Source: Nanobdellota archaeon
Lineage (GTDB): Archaea > Nanobdellota > Nanobdellia > Woesearchaeales > UBA10107
Length of the DNA: 64,000 nucleotides
NCBI GenBank assembly: GCA_042571125.1
Contig: JBHPFU010000002.1
Location: 32,985 to 96,984, forward strand
Direction: 5' to 3'
Translations under genes and position numbers: made by a program
Shown here: positions 52,612 through 62,606 of the stretch, one piece after another
Layout: each line of letters opens with the position of its first letter
Position numbering within the stretch: the stretch's first letter is position 1
Notes under the pieces: model-generated
Databases searched by the model: none
Told to the model about the DNA's origin: nothing
What the model saw: the letters and a program-made list of their open reading frames with translations, nothing else

Positions 52612-53864
52612 AAATAACACTAAGGGGAGCAGCATACGAAGTTGGAAGATCTTGTGTAGAAGTAGAATCAGACAAAAACAGATTCTTATTTGACGCAGGA
52701 TTAAAGATTGGAGAAGAAACTCAATACCCTACAAAGATACCAAAACTAAACAAACTTGATGCGGTATTCCTAAGCCATGCTCACCTTGATCATTCTGGTG
52801 CTTTACCATACTTAAATTATAATGGGTTACATTGTCCTATATTTACAACAACAATAACAAGATTGATGACTAAGCTATTGCTAAAAGATTCATTCCACAT
52901 AGAAACATTAAGTCATATCCCCCCATACCAAAAACAGAATATTTACAATGTACTTGGATCGATGGAAGATAAGAAACAAAATCAATTCTATGAATTCAAA
53001 GATATGAGATTTAAATTATTTGATGCAGGACATATCGCAGGGGCATCCTCAATATTAGTAGACACTCAAGACAAAAGAATACTCTATAGCGGAGATATAA
53101 ACACAGTTGAAACAAAGATTGCAACAAAAACAAAAATAGAAGCAGAAGATGTTGACGCGTTAATCCTAGAAACAACATATGGGGATCGGGAACACCCCTC
53201 AAGAAAAGAAACAGAAAAAAAATTCCTAGATGAGATACAAGAAACAATCCAGATGGGAGGTTCTGTAGTGCTTCCTGCATTTGCAATTGGAAGATCGCAG
53301 GAACTAATGATGCTTCTTAATAAAAAATTCGGAGTTCCTATCTACTTAGATGGCATGGCAAAGAAGATTGCAGATCTATTTCTTCAAAGAGGATGCACAA
53401 ATAACAAAGAAGACTTCAAAAGCGCATACAACAGGATAAGACAAGTACACGGGTGGAAGGAAAGAAAGAATCTTCTGAAAGATCAAGGGATATTTATAAC
53501 AACCGCGGGAATGATGGACGGCGGACCAGTAATGGATTACTTAAAGTTCACTGCTCAAGACCCAAAGAATTCAATCTTACTGACAGGATGGCAGGCCGAA
53601 GGAACAAATGGTAGAAGAATGATGGAGAAAGGTTCTGTCTATATCGACGGCATGAGCATAAAAGTAAAAGCAAACTACAAGCAGTATGATATGTCTGCCC
53701 ATGCAGGACTATCTGAATTGAAAGAATTAGTTCAAAAAATCAATCCAAGAAAAGTAATACTAAATCATGGCGATCCAAGTTCAATAGAAAATCTTTCAAA
53801 AGATCTAAGAAAGCTTGGTTTTGAGACTTTTACTCCTAAATTAAACGATACAATCAACATATAA
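52608..53864 (+). CDS. metallo-beta-lactamase / beta-CASP ribonuclease (aCPSF2-like, no KH domains)
   Basis: Has the HxHxDH motif LSHAHLDHSGALP, then DAGHIAGAS and ETTYGDREH (beta-CASP motif A region), plus a C-terminal HGD. Confidence 0.8.
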   Translation: MKITLRGAAYEVGRSCVEVESDKNRFLFDAGLKIGEETQYPTKIPKLNKLDAVFLSHAHLDHSGALPYLNYNGLHCPIFTTTITRLMTKLLLKDSFHIETLSHIPPYQKQNIYNVLGSMEDKKQNQFYEFKDMRFKLFDAGHIAGASSILVDTQDKRILYSGDINTVETKIATKTKIEAEDVDALILETTYGDREHPSRKETEKKFLDEIQETIQMGGSVVLPAFAIGRSQELMMLLNKKFGVPIYLDGMAKKIADLFLQRGCTNNKEDFKSAYNRIRQVHGWKERKNLLKDQGIFITTAGMMDGGPVMDYLKFTAQDPKNSILLTGWQAEGTNGRRMMEKGSVYIDGMSIKVKANYKQYDMSAHAGLSELKELVQKINPRKVILNHGDPSSIENLSKDLRKLGFETFTPKLNDTINI

Positions 53865-53875
53865 GAGGTGAAAAG

Positions 53876-54184
53876 ATGGAAGGACTAAAAGAGGTAATAG
53901 ACGATCTGAGTTACAGCGAGCTAAAGCAGTTAGAAACCAATCTTAGGAAAGGATCAGACGTCAAAAATCAGATACAGGAAAAGATAGAAGAAATAGACAA
54001 GAGAAGCGCAAGAGTATGCGCAACATGCGGAAAACAACTGGATGCGTTCAGTTTGACGAATTTCTCTCTAATGTTCGGTCCGGAAGACTTCAAAAAAAGA
54101 GCATCATTCTGTGCATTTGATTGCCTTGAACATTTCACAGGCAAACTGAAGAATCTGCATAAAAAATTCAACGGAGGAAGCTAA
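53876..54184 (+). CDS. hypothetical protein with a CxxC...CxxxC pattern
   Basis: 102-aa ORF with CATCG and CAFDC separated by 28 residues. It lies in an operon-like run with the ATPase gene. Confidence 0.4.
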   Translation: MEGLKEVIDDLSYSELKQLETNLRKGSDVKNQIQEKIEEIDKRSARVCATCGKQLDAFSLTNFSLMFGPEDFKKRASFCAFDCLEHFTGKLKNLHKKFNGGS

Positions 54185-54185
54185 A

Positions 54186-54311
54186 ATGGAAGAGGACGTA
54201 ATGAAAATAAAGAAAATAACTTTTAATCAGCTGAAAAAGTTGAATGAAAAGGAGGAAAATTTTGAATACGACTTGATAAAAGTCTTAAAAATGATGAACA
54301 AAGGCAGCTAA
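54186..54311 (+). CDS. 41-aa micro-ORF, hypothetical
   Basis: My translation gives MEEDVMKIKKITFNQLKKLNEKEENFEYDLIKVLKMMNKGS. It starts 1 nt after the previous stop, and its stop abuts ATG 54312 (TAAATG). Confidence 0.3.
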   Translation: MEEDVMKIKKITFNQLKKLNEKEENFEYDLIKVLKMMNKGS

Positions 54312-56930
54312 ATGGAATATTTTGCAGAAGATAGTAAAGACGTATTAAAAGAATTAAAAAGTTCTGAAAAAGGTTTAACTACTCAGGAAGCTGAGAAAAG
54401 ATTAAAGATAGTTGGACCTAATGAAATAAAAGAAGGAAAAAGGATAAGTCCTTTAAAGATTTTTATTGATCAATTCAAAAGCCCAATTGTTTTTATATTA
54501 GTTGCTGCAATAGTAATCTCTTTAATTGTTGGAGAATACATAGATTCTGTTGTTGTTGGAGTTATTCTATTATTAAACGCGATATTAGGATTTGTACAGG
54601 AGTATAAGGCAGAAAAGTCTATTGAGGCTCTGAAAAAAATGGCTTCACTAAAGGCAATTGTTCTTAGAGATGGAAAACACCAGGAAGTAGACGCTACAAA
54701 TCTTGTTCCTGGAGATATTGTTCTGTTAGAAGAAGGAGAAAAGATTCCTGCAGACTGCAGATTGATTGAAGAGATTGGATTACATGCTCAAGAAGCAAGC
54801 TTAACAGGAGAATCAATCCCAGTTACTAAACATATCAAAGTCTTAAAAAAAGGAACACCTGTTGCCGATAGGAATAATTGCGTTTTCTCAAGTACAATCA
54901 TTACTGCTGGAAAAGGGAAAGCAGTTGTTACATATACTGGAATGAATACAGAAGTTGGAAAAATTGCGCATATGATTCAGACAGAAGAAACCATACTTAC
55001 TCCATTACAAAAACAATTGAAAGTTCTTGCAAAATATCTTGGATTATTTACTGTTGTTGTGGCTTTTGTTGTATTCATTACTGGATTTCTAAGAGGGTTT
55101 GAGCCTGTTGAGATTATGCTCGCCGCTATTGCATTAGCTGTTGCTGCAATACCTGAAGGTTTACCCGCAGTTGTTACAATCAGTTTAGCATTGGGTGTTC
55201 AGAGGATGATTAAAAGGAATGCTCTAATACGAAAACTTCCGAGTGTTGAAACACTAGGAAGCTGTTCTGTTATATGCACTGATAAAACAGGAACATTAAC
55301 TCATAACGAGATGACTGTAAAGAAGATATATGCTAACAGCGAAGTAACAGAGGTTTCAGGTTCTGGTTATGAGCCAAACGGAGTTTTCTCTACGAATGTC
55401 AAAAATCTTGATTTTATCCTAAAGATAGGCGCTCTTTGTAATAATGCATCATTAAGGCAGGAAGAAGATAAATGGAAAATACTGGGAGATCCTACTGAAG
55501 GTGCACTTGTTGTTTCAGCAGCAAAAGCAGACTTGAAAGATGAGAACATAGAATCAGAATATCCCAGAATTCATGAGATACCTTTCAGTTCAGAAAGAAA
55601 GATCATGACCACAATACATAAAAAGAATGGCAAGAAAATTGCATTTGTTAAAGGTGCGCCCGATATCCTGCTTAATAAATGTCATGCATTCTATGAAAAT
55701 GGAAAAATAGAGATGCTAACAAAGAGAAAAAGGGATGAGATTCTTAAAAAAGAAACAGAATTTGCTCAAGAAGCATTAAGAGTTCTAGCTTTTGCCTATA
55801 AAGATATAAAAGAAGGGGAAGACCCTGAGAAAAATCTTGTTTTTGTAGGTCTTCAAGGAATGATTGACCCTCCAAGAGACGGAGTTCGAGAAGCGGTTGA
55901 TAAAGCGCATCAGGCAGGAATAAAAGTTGTGATGATCACAGGAGACTATATCGAGACTGCAAAAGCGATCGCAGAAAAAGTAGGAATAAAAGGAAAAGCA
56001 ATAACAGGAGAACAGATAGACAAGCTTGAGAATTTCGAGGATGTTGTTGAAACAATTACAATATATGCAAGAGTTAATCCGAGCCATAAACTAGAAATTG
56101 TAAAGGCTCTCCAAGCTAAAGGGCATATTGTTGCCATGACCGGCGATGGAGTTAATGATGCTCCTGCACTAAAGAAAGCAAACATAGGGATATCAATGGG
56201 TATTGCTGGTACAGATGTTGCAAAAGAAGCAAGTGATATGATATTAACTGACGATCATTTTAATTCTATTGTAAGCGCTGTTGAAGAAGGAAGAACAATA
56301 TTTGATAACATAAGAAAGTTTGTTGAATACCTATTAAGCTCAAACATGGGTGAAATCTTAACAATATTTATCGCTATGCTTATTGGATTGCCTCTCCCAT
56401 TAATAGCTCTGCAAATCCTCTGGATTAACCTAGTGACTGATGGTCTGCCTGCTCTTGCTCTTGGTGTTGATCCGAAAGATATTGGAGTCATGAAACGAAA
56501 GCCAAGAAAAGTCAAAGATCATATAATCGATAGATGGAGAGCAGGATATATGTTCGTTATTGGATTAATAATGATGATAGGTACTCTTTGTGTTTTCAAA
56601 GCATATAACCCTGGCGCAAATCTGATGTATGCTCAAACAATGGCATTCTCAACATTAATGATGTTCCAGATGTTTAATGTTTTGAACTGCAGATCAGATG
56701 TTAATTCGTTATTTAAAATAGGGATATTCTCGAATCCACGATTAATTGTAGCAATAATAATTTCAATATCGCTCCATTTATTGGTGATATATTCTCCACT
56801 TTCCTCCTTATTTGGAACAATGGCGCACACATTGGCAGAATGGGGGATTATTATCGCAGTTTCTGCCTCAGTATTAGTATTTGGAGAGGTTGTTAAGTTT
56901 ATCAGAAGAAGATGGTATTTGAATACATAG
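54312..56930 (+). CDS. P-type ATPase, type IIA Ca2+-transporting (SERCA/PMCA-like)
   Basis: Has TGES, the phosphorylation site CTDKTGTLT, then KGAPD, MITGD and GDGVNDAPALKKA, with 10 TM helices. Confidence 0.9.
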   Translation: MEYFAEDSKDVLKELKSSEKGLTTQEAEKRLKIVGPNEIKEGKRISPLKIFIDQFKSPIVFILVAAIVISLIVGEYIDSVVVGVILLLNAILGFVQEYKAEKSIEALKKMASLKAIVLRDGKHQEVDATNLVPGDIVLLEEGEKIPADCRLIEEIGLHAQEASLTGESIPVTKHIKVLKKGTPVADRNNCVFSSTIITAGKGKAVVTYTGMNTEVGKIAHMIQTEETILTPLQKQLKVLAKYLGLFTVVVAFVVFITGFLRGFEPVEIMLAAIALAVAAIPEGLPAVVTISLALGVQRMIKRNALIRKLPSVETLGSCSVICTDKTGTLTHNEMTVKKIYANSEVTEVSGSGYEPNGVFSTNVKNLDFILKIGALCNNASLRQEEDKWKILGDPTEGALVVSAAKADLKDENIESEYPRIHEIPFSSERKIMTTIHKKNGKKIAFVKGAPDILLNKCHAFYENGKIEMLTKRKRDEILKKETEFAQEALRVLAFAYKDIKEGEDPEKNLVFVGLQGMIDPPRDGVREAVDKAHQAGIKVVMITGDYIETAKAIAEKVGIKGKAITGEQIDKLENFEDVVETITIYARVNPSHKLEIVKALQAKGHIVAMTGDGVNDAPALKKANIGISMGIAGTDVAKEASDMILTDDHFNSIVSAVEEGRTIFDNIRKFVEYLLSSNMGEILTIFIAMLIGLPLPLIALQILWINLVTDGLPALALGVDPKDIGVMKRKPRKVKDHIIDRWRAGYMFVIGLIMMIGTLCVFKAYNPGANLMYAQTMAFSTLMMFQMFNVLNCRSDVNSLFKIGIFSNPRLIVAIIISISLHLLVIYSPLSSLFGTMAHTLAEWGIIIAVSASVLVFGEVVKFIRRRWYLNT

Positions 56931-57883
56931 CACAATTAAATCCTGTACTCTTTCATGTTTTAGTTATTCTTGCTAGTTTGGCGATTCTAGTAAAAGCTGC
57001 AGACATATCTGTTTCAGGGATATCTGATTACGCAAGAAAGCTCGGACTATCTGAATACATTGTTGGATTTGTTGTTGTTGCATTTGCTTCTTCAATACCT
57101 GAACTAATAACCTCGTTAACAGGAGCAATGATAAATGACGGAGGAATCATCTTCGGTACTATCCTCGGATCAAATATTGTTGAATTAACTTTAGTTTTAG
57201 GTACTTTAGCGATAGTAGGAAAAAAGGTTAAAGTGGAAAGCAAGGTTATGCATGGAACAAAATTCCTTTCTTTTGCTTTACTTATGCTTCCTTTGGTTCT
57301 TCTTTGGGACAGCAAGGTTACAAGAATTGATGGTTTAATTTTAGTATTAACTTTCTTTGCTTACTTATACTATCTATGGAAAAAAGAAGGAGAGGTTGGA
57401 AAGCTAAAAGAAGATATTAAATTCAAAAAAATCTGGAAGAATTTCCTGATCTTCGGTGGAACTTTAACTGCAATGTTGTTAAGTAGCAGATGGCTTGTCT
57501 TTTCATCTGTTTCATTATCTCATGAAATCGGAATACCGACATATTATATTGCACTTATTGTGATTGGAATCGGAGCATCCATATCAGACATATCCGTTGG
57601 TGTTCGTTCTGTGCTAAAAGGTCATTCTGATGTTGGGTTTGGCAATGTTATTGGTTCAAACATAATAAAAGCGGTTTTATTCCTGGGCATTATTGCATTA
57701 ATACGTCCATTTACATTTGATCTAGCAATATTAACTAACGTGATCATCTTTACGGTGCTTGCCACAGCCGCTACACTCTATTTTGTAAGAACAAAATCTT
57801 TGAACTGGAAAGAAGGTATTGCAATGCTTATTATATATGTGTTATTCATAACAATAGAATGGTTCTTTGGTACTGCAGTTTAA
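56912..57883 (+). CDS. Na+/Ca2+ exchanger family (CaCA, YrbG-like) membrane protein
   Basis: Two internal alpha-repeat-like halves (SIPELITSLTGA...GTILGSNIVELTLV and SISDISVGV...GNVIGSNIIKAV). Has a 19-nt overlap with the ATPase gene. Confidence 0.75.
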   Translation: MVFEYIAQLNPVLFHVLVILASLAILVKAADISVSGISDYARKLGLSEYIVGFVVVAFASSIPELITSLTGAMINDGGIIFGTILGSNIVELTLVLGTLAIVGKKVKVESKVMHGTKFLSFALLMLPLVLLWDSKVTRIDGLILVLTFFAYLYYLWKKEGEVGKLKEDIKFKKIWKNFLIFGGTLTAMLLSSRWLVFSSVSLSHEIGIPTYYIALIVIGIGASISDISVGVRSVLKGHSDVGFGNVIGSNIIKAVLFLGIIALIRPFTFDLAILTNVIIFTVLATAATLYFVRTKSLNWKEGIAMLIIYVLFITIEWFFGTAV

Positions 57884-57896
57884 AAAAATAAAAAAA

Positions 57897-58055
57897 TTAT
57901 TTGTGTGTTAGTTTTACCAAACCTAAGACTGCGATTAATGCTCCGAAGAATATTCTCCAGTCAACTTGCGGGTACCATAATCCCCAGCTTACTATAACTA
58001 AACCAAGAATTAATTTCATAGCTCCATAATGTTTCATTAGTTTTCCTTTTTCCAT
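57897..58055 (-). CDS. 52-aa small membrane protein, hypothetical (below the ORF-track cut-off)
   Basis: My translation gives MEKGKLMKHYGAMKLILGLVIVSWGLWYPQVDWRIFFGALIAVLGLVKLTHK, with two hydrophobic helices. A strong SD GGAGGTG lies 5 nt upstream, and T-runs follow the stop. Confidence 0.45.
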   Translation of the reverse strand: MEKGKLMKHYGAMKLILGLVIVSWGLWYPQVDWRIFFGALIAVLGLVKLTHK

Positions 58056-58092
58056 TTGTTCACCTCCAATAATATATTAAACCGGAAATAGA

Positions 58093-58100
58093 TTTATAAA
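58093..58100 (+). promoter_or_regulatory. TATA box of elp3
   Basis: TTTATAAA lies 23 nt before ATG 58123. Confidence 0.5.
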
Positions 58101-58122
58101 GGTTTCTTAATTCTATTAAATC

Positions 58123-59781
58123 ATGGATTTTTATCAGGACATAATTAAGAGCATCAAAAAGAGGAGATTAAGCAAAGATAGCATTGCTAAGCTTAAGACT
58201 AAACTCTGTCTTAAGTATAAAGTTAAGGAAATTCCTACTGATATTGATATTTTACTAAATGCTAATCCAAGAGAGGTTCCTAAGCTAAGAAAGTACCTAA
58301 TGACTAAGCCGACACGAACAATCTCGGGTGTTGCTGTTTGTGCGATAATGACTAAGCCATTCAAATGTCCTCACGGGAAATGCATAACCTGTCCTGGCGG
58401 GGTTAATTCTATTTTTGGGTCTGTTCCACAGAGCTATACTGGTAATGAGCCCGCTACAATGAGAGGGATAAGAAATAATTTTGATCCTTATCTTCAAGTC
58501 TTTAATAGAATAGAGCATTACGTTATTCTTGGTCAGAACCCAGAGAAGATGGAATTAATTGTAATGGGCGGGACATTCCCAAGCTTTCCAAAAAAATACA
58601 GAGAAGATTTTATAACTTATGCTTTGAAAGCTATGAATGATTTTTCTGATCTATTCTATAAAAAAAGATTTGATATTGTAAAATTCAAGAAGTATTTTGG
58701 TCTGCCGGGTGCGGTTGGAGATAAAAAACGTGTTCAAGATATTCAAAAGAAACTTTTGAAGTTAAAAGGTAAGAGTTCATTGAAAAAAGAACAGAAAAGA
58801 AATGAGAAAGCAAAAATAAAATGCGTTGGAATGACAATTGAGACAAGACCTGACTACGGAAAACTAAAACATGGGAATGAAATGCTAAGATTGGGTGCAA
58901 CAAGAGTGGAATTAGGTATTCAAAGTGTTTATGACGATGTTTTAAAGAAAATAAACCGAGGGCATACTGTAAAGGACTCGATTGAATCAATAAGAACATT
59001 AAAAGATCTTGGATTTAAGTTAAATTTCCATTACATGCCAGGTTTATTTGTTTCTAAACAGAAAGATCTAAAAGGAATGGTAGAATTATTTGAAAATTCT
59101 GATTTTAAGCCAGATATGTTGAAAATATATCCTTGTATTGTTATCAAAGGTACTAAACTTTATGATTTATGGAAAAAGAAAAAGTATAAACCGTTAACAA
59201 CAAAGAATGCTGCTCAATTAATTGCTGAGTTTAAGAAAAGAGTTCCTTCTTACTGCAGGATAATGCGTGTTCAGAGAGATATCCCTGGTTATTTAGTTGA
59301 GGGAGGGGTGAATAAAACAAACCTACGACAATATATCCAACAAGCTATGAAAAAGAAAGGAGTAAAATGTGGTTGTATAAGATGCAGAGAACCGCGCGGC
59401 AAGAAGATAGGAAAAACAAATCTAAGATGGTTATACTATAAAGCTTCAAAAGGAATAGAATTCTTTATCTCAGAAGAGAACAAAGATAATATTTTAGGAT
59501 TCTGCAGACTGAGATTCCCTTCTAAGAACCTAAGAAAAGAGATTTCTGATGATTCTGCCCTGATTAGAGAACTTCATGTATATGGAGAAGTGGCTGGAAT
59601 TGGTGAGAAAGGTAAAATCCAGCACAAAGGGATTGGGAAAAAGTTATTGAAAGAAGCAGAGAATATAGCAAAAACATATCATAAGAAAAAGATGGTTATT
59701 CTTTCCGGTATCGGAGTACGCGAATATTATCTAAACCTAGGTTACTTAAAAGAAGGCCCCTACGTTGTGAAATATCTTTAA
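58123..59781 (+). CDS. elp3: Elp3-type tRNA U34 modification enzyme (radical SAM plus GNAT acetyltransferase)
   Basis: Has the Cys cluster CPHGKCITCPGG, a radical-SAM barrel (VELGIQSV) and a C-terminal GNAT (RELHVYGE...HKGIGKKLL). Confidence 0.9.
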   Translation: MDFYQDIIKSIKKRRLSKDSIAKLKTKLCLKYKVKEIPTDIDILLNANPREVPKLRKYLMTKPTRTISGVAVCAIMTKPFKCPHGKCITCPGGVNSIFGSVPQSYTGNEPATMRGIRNNFDPYLQVFNRIEHYVILGQNPEKMELIVMGGTFPSFPKKYREDFITYALKAMNDFSDLFYKKRFDIVKFKKYFGLPGAVGDKKRVQDIQKKLLKLKGKSSLKKEQKRNEKAKIKCVGMTIETRPDYGKLKHGNEMLRLGATRVELGIQSVYDDVLKKINRGHTVKDSIESIRTLKDLGFKLNFHYMPGLFVSKQKDLKGMVELFENSDFKPDMLKIYPCIVIKGTKLYDLWKKKKYKPLTTKNAAQLIAEFKKRVPSYCRIMRVQRDIPGYLVEGGVNKTNLRQYIQQAMKKKGVKCGCIRCREPRGKKIGKTNLRWLYYKASKGIEFFISEENKDNILGFCRLRFPSKNLRKEISDDSALIRELHVYGEVAGIGEKGKIQHKGIGKKLLKEAENIAKTYHKKKMVILSGIGVREYYLNLGYLKEGPYVVKYL

Positions 59782-61570
59782 TGGCATCCAAAACTTCTGG
59801 AGGAAGATCTTCTTTTGCAATTTCCTCCAAATCTTTATCTTCCAAATTTATTTTAATTGAAGGTGGAAGAGGGCTTACATTTGGTGATTCCTCCTTAAAG
59901 TGTTTCAAAAGATGTATGCTGAGATCTGATCCTATAAACTCTTCAAGTCCATAATTCCTAAGAACAGAAGAAATTTCTTCCTCAGTGTAATGCTTGCCAT
60001 CAAAATCCCCTCTTGCGAATTTTTGGATTACTGTATGATATGGATCCTCATCTTCAATAATCCCATGGTCAACTTTGGAAATATAACGAGATACATGTTC
60101 TGAGAGATTTAATTTTTTATGTTTAACTAACAATGTCTTATTTTTTTCTTTCAACTCATCAAATCTTGATTTTGTTCTATTTAATTTTGCAAAATGCCTT
60201 GCTCTTTTATCAGAACTATATGAATCAACTAATCCTATCTTTGAAGCCATGCTAAGAGAGTATAGATTTCTGACTAGATCTTCATATTCATGCAAATCTG
60301 ATGGATATGCGGGCCTTAATAAATCGTGGGCCTCCTTAAATCTTTGAAATGCGTCTACACTGTGATTAAGCATTTTGTTTATTTCTTGAGTAAAAAAGAT
60401 TCTTTCAAAGAATGAATTTCCAGTTTTTACACACTGCATTCTTTCATCATGAGTCAATCCAAGGTGCCCCTTTTCTGCATCATATTTTCTCATTCGGTCT
60501 TCAACCTGATATGCTATAAAAGGCATTTTTTCGCCTTCATCAATATCAATGGGCGGTTCTTCTTTAGTGCATAACTCTGGAACGATTAATGAAAGTTGAT
60601 CAAATAAGCTTCTTTCTAATATTCTGAAATCTCTTATTATCTCATCTATTGGTTTTGTTTTTACTTTGCTCTGTTCATCTTCAGATGAATCGGAAATATA
60701 AACTGCGGTTTTTGTTAAATCTGATACCCTTGGACTAAAAGTATCTTTTAATTTCTTTTTTTTCTTCTTCCCTTGTTCAAGCGGTGTAACTGAAAGTAAT
60801 GGACTCCCAAAATGGATTGGATCTATGTCTGTAAAATAATGTTCATAGAAATCCCTATCTACTTCGCTCATATCCATGCCCATGCTTGTTGATTTTTGTT
60901 TCTTCTTAGGATTAGAAGTTCCATGTTTGAATCCGGATTCTATCATTCTACCTATTTTTTTTCTGGTATTCCAATAGAACCTATGATCAAAACGCAGGTT
61001 TTCTCCAATCTCACACTGAACCCCCCGCTTAAGGTTTACAAAATCATCATAAAATTGTTGAAACAAAACTAATTCTGGAAATTCATCTTTTGCAGAAGCC
61101 ATTGCTGCAAAATTACCCCAATCCTGCGGGACTATCTCATTTCCTTCGTACCAGCTATCAAGTTGAGAACGTTGAACTACATTGCATGAATTTCTAGAAG
61201 CATATTGAGTCATGATTTTATAAAGCCCATCTAACACTTTACTGGCATTCTGTCCTTTAGCAGCACTTTGCAAAGTATGGGCTAATACCGGTATGCCCCC
61301 TTCTTCTGTTTGAACATACATTCTTTGTTCTGATTGACCATATTTAGAAAATTTTCCTGTTTTTGTTTTCTTCAATGTTGTGGAAACTTTTTCAAAAGTA
61401 GCGTCTCTTACTTTCCCTCTTTTAAGAGCAAGATGGCTCTTGCCAACATAATGATGAGCATCTTTAACCATAATATTTATCTGTGAGCCATCCCCCCCTC
61501 TAACACAAACATTCTTGTCTCCTGTCAGCACGTATGATTCAACTGCAGTTTCTAATCTAAATAATGCCAT
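59696..61570 (-). CDS. large hypothetical protein (624 aa), orphan
   Basis: Long uninterrupted ORF with a non-repetitive sequence and an appropriately spaced TATA box. I recognise no motif. Its last 86 nt overlap the elp3 3' end (convergent). Confidence 0.5.
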   Translation of the reverse strand: MALFRLETAVESYVLTGDKNVCVRGGDGSQINIMVKDAHHYVGKSHLALKRGKVRDATFEKVSTTLKKTKTGKFSKYGQSEQRMYVQTEEGGIPVLAHTLQSAAKGQNASKVLDGLYKIMTQYASRNSCNVVQRSQLDSWYEGNEIVPQDWGNFAAMASAKDEFPELVLFQQFYDDFVNLKRGVQCEIGENLRFDHRFYWNTRKKIGRMIESGFKHGTSNPKKKQKSTSMGMDMSEVDRDFYEHYFTDIDPIHFGSPLLSVTPLEQGKKKKKKLKDTFSPRVSDLTKTAVYISDSSEDEQSKVKTKPIDEIIRDFRILERSLFDQLSLIVPELCTKEEPPIDIDEGEKMPFIAYQVEDRMRKYDAEKGHLGLTHDERMQCVKTGNSFFERIFFTQEINKMLNHSVDAFQRFKEAHDLLRPAYPSDLHEYEDLVRNLYSLSMASKIGLVDSYSSDKRARHFAKLNRTKSRFDELKEKNKTLLVKHKKLNLSEHVSRYISKVDHGIIEDEDPYHTVIQKFARGDFDGKHYTEEEISSVLRNYGLEEFIGSDLSIHLLKHFKEESPNVSPLPPSIKINLEDKDLEEIAKEDLPPEVLDAIKDISQRRGLLLSNLGLDNIRVLRYRKE

Positions 61571-61599
61571 TTTAATCTAAAACACCCATTTATGCCACA

Positions 61600-61607
61600 T
61601 ATATAAA
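61600..61607 (-). promoter_or_regulatory. TATA box (TTTATATA on the minus strand) of the 624-aa orphan
   Basis: Lies 30 nt upstream of ATG 61570. Confidence 0.4.
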
Positions 61608-61634
61608 CTTTACCCTTTTGAAGTAGTAAAATAG

Positions 61635-61644
61635 ATATATAAAA
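61635..61644 (+). promoter_or_regulatory. TATA box (ATATATAAAA) of the NSUN-like gene
   Basis: Lies 21 nt upstream of ATG 61665. Confidence 0.4.
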
Positions 61645-61664
61645 CCAGCAAATACATTATAATT

Positions 61665-62606
61665 ATGCTAAAAACAATGCCTAATGCGGATAAGCTTGAA
61701 AAGGGCTTTAAAGACAAGTTTATTAAGCGATATAGCAGATTAACAGACTGGGGAGAGTTCAAGAAGTATTCTTTAGCTTTCTTAAGAAAGGGAATAAGAG
61801 TAAATACACTAAAAATCTCTATTTCTGACCTAAAAAAACGATTATCAAAAAACTGGAAATTAGAGCAAGTTCCGTGGTGTAAAGAAGGATTCTTCATTTC
61901 TGGAGAAAGAAGGGATGTTGGAAACCTTCCAGAACATGTTCTTGGTTATATTTACATTCAGGAAGCTGCATCAATGATCCCGCCGATAGTCCTGAATCCA
62001 AAAAACGGAGAAACTGTACTTGATATGTGCGCTTCTCCAGGTTCAAAAACAACACAGATAGGCCAGTATCTAAAAAATACAGGAGTTTTAGTCTCAAATG
62101 ATATCTCTGGAGATAGATTGGCTGCGCTTGGAGTAAATGTACAGAGATGCGGTTTGATGAACTGCATTATAACTCAGATGCAAGGAAGATATTTCAAAAA
62201 CATGGAATTTGACAAGGTTCTAGTTGATGCTCCTTGCTCAGGAACAGGAACAATAAGAAAGTCTCCAAAAACAATTTTGATGTGGAATCCGAATATGGTT
62301 AAAAGAATCTCGTTTGTGCAGAAACAACTAATTAAAACCGGTTTTGAAAACTTAAAAAAAGGAGGAACTCTGGTTTATTCAACATGTACTCAAGAGCCAG
62401 AAGAAAATGAAGGGGTTGTTGATTATTTGTTATCTGAATTTGATAATGCAAAAGTTATGCCTATCAATCTAAAAATAAAAAGATCTGATGCGGTTTTGGA
62501 ATTTGAAGGAAAGAAGTACAATCCACAAGTTAATAACTGTCTACGAATCTGGCCTCAAGATAATGATACAGAAGGATTCTTTGTTGCTAAAATCAAGAAG
62601 AGTTAA
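61665..62606 (+). CDS. RNA cytosine-C5 methyltransferase, NOL1/NOP2/Sun (RsmB/NSUN) family
   Basis: Has [10 protein letters not shown], the motif [10 protein letters not shown] and the motif VI YSTCT. Confidence 0.85.
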   Translation: MLKTMPNADKLEKGFKDKFIKRYSRLTDWGEFKKYSLAFLRKGIRVNTLKISISDLKKRLSKNWKLEQVPWCKEGFFISGERRDVGNLPEHVLGYIYIQEAASMIPPIVLNPKNGETVLDMCASPGSKTTQIGQYLKNTGVLVSNDISGDRLAALGVNVQRCGLMNCIITQMQGRYFKNMEFDKVLVDAPCSGTGTIRKSPKTILMWNPNMVKRISFVQKQLIKTGFENLKKGGTLVYSTCTQEPEENEGVVDYLLSEFDNAKVMPINLKIKRSDAVLEFEGKKYNPQVNNCLRIWPQDNDTEGFFVAKIKKS

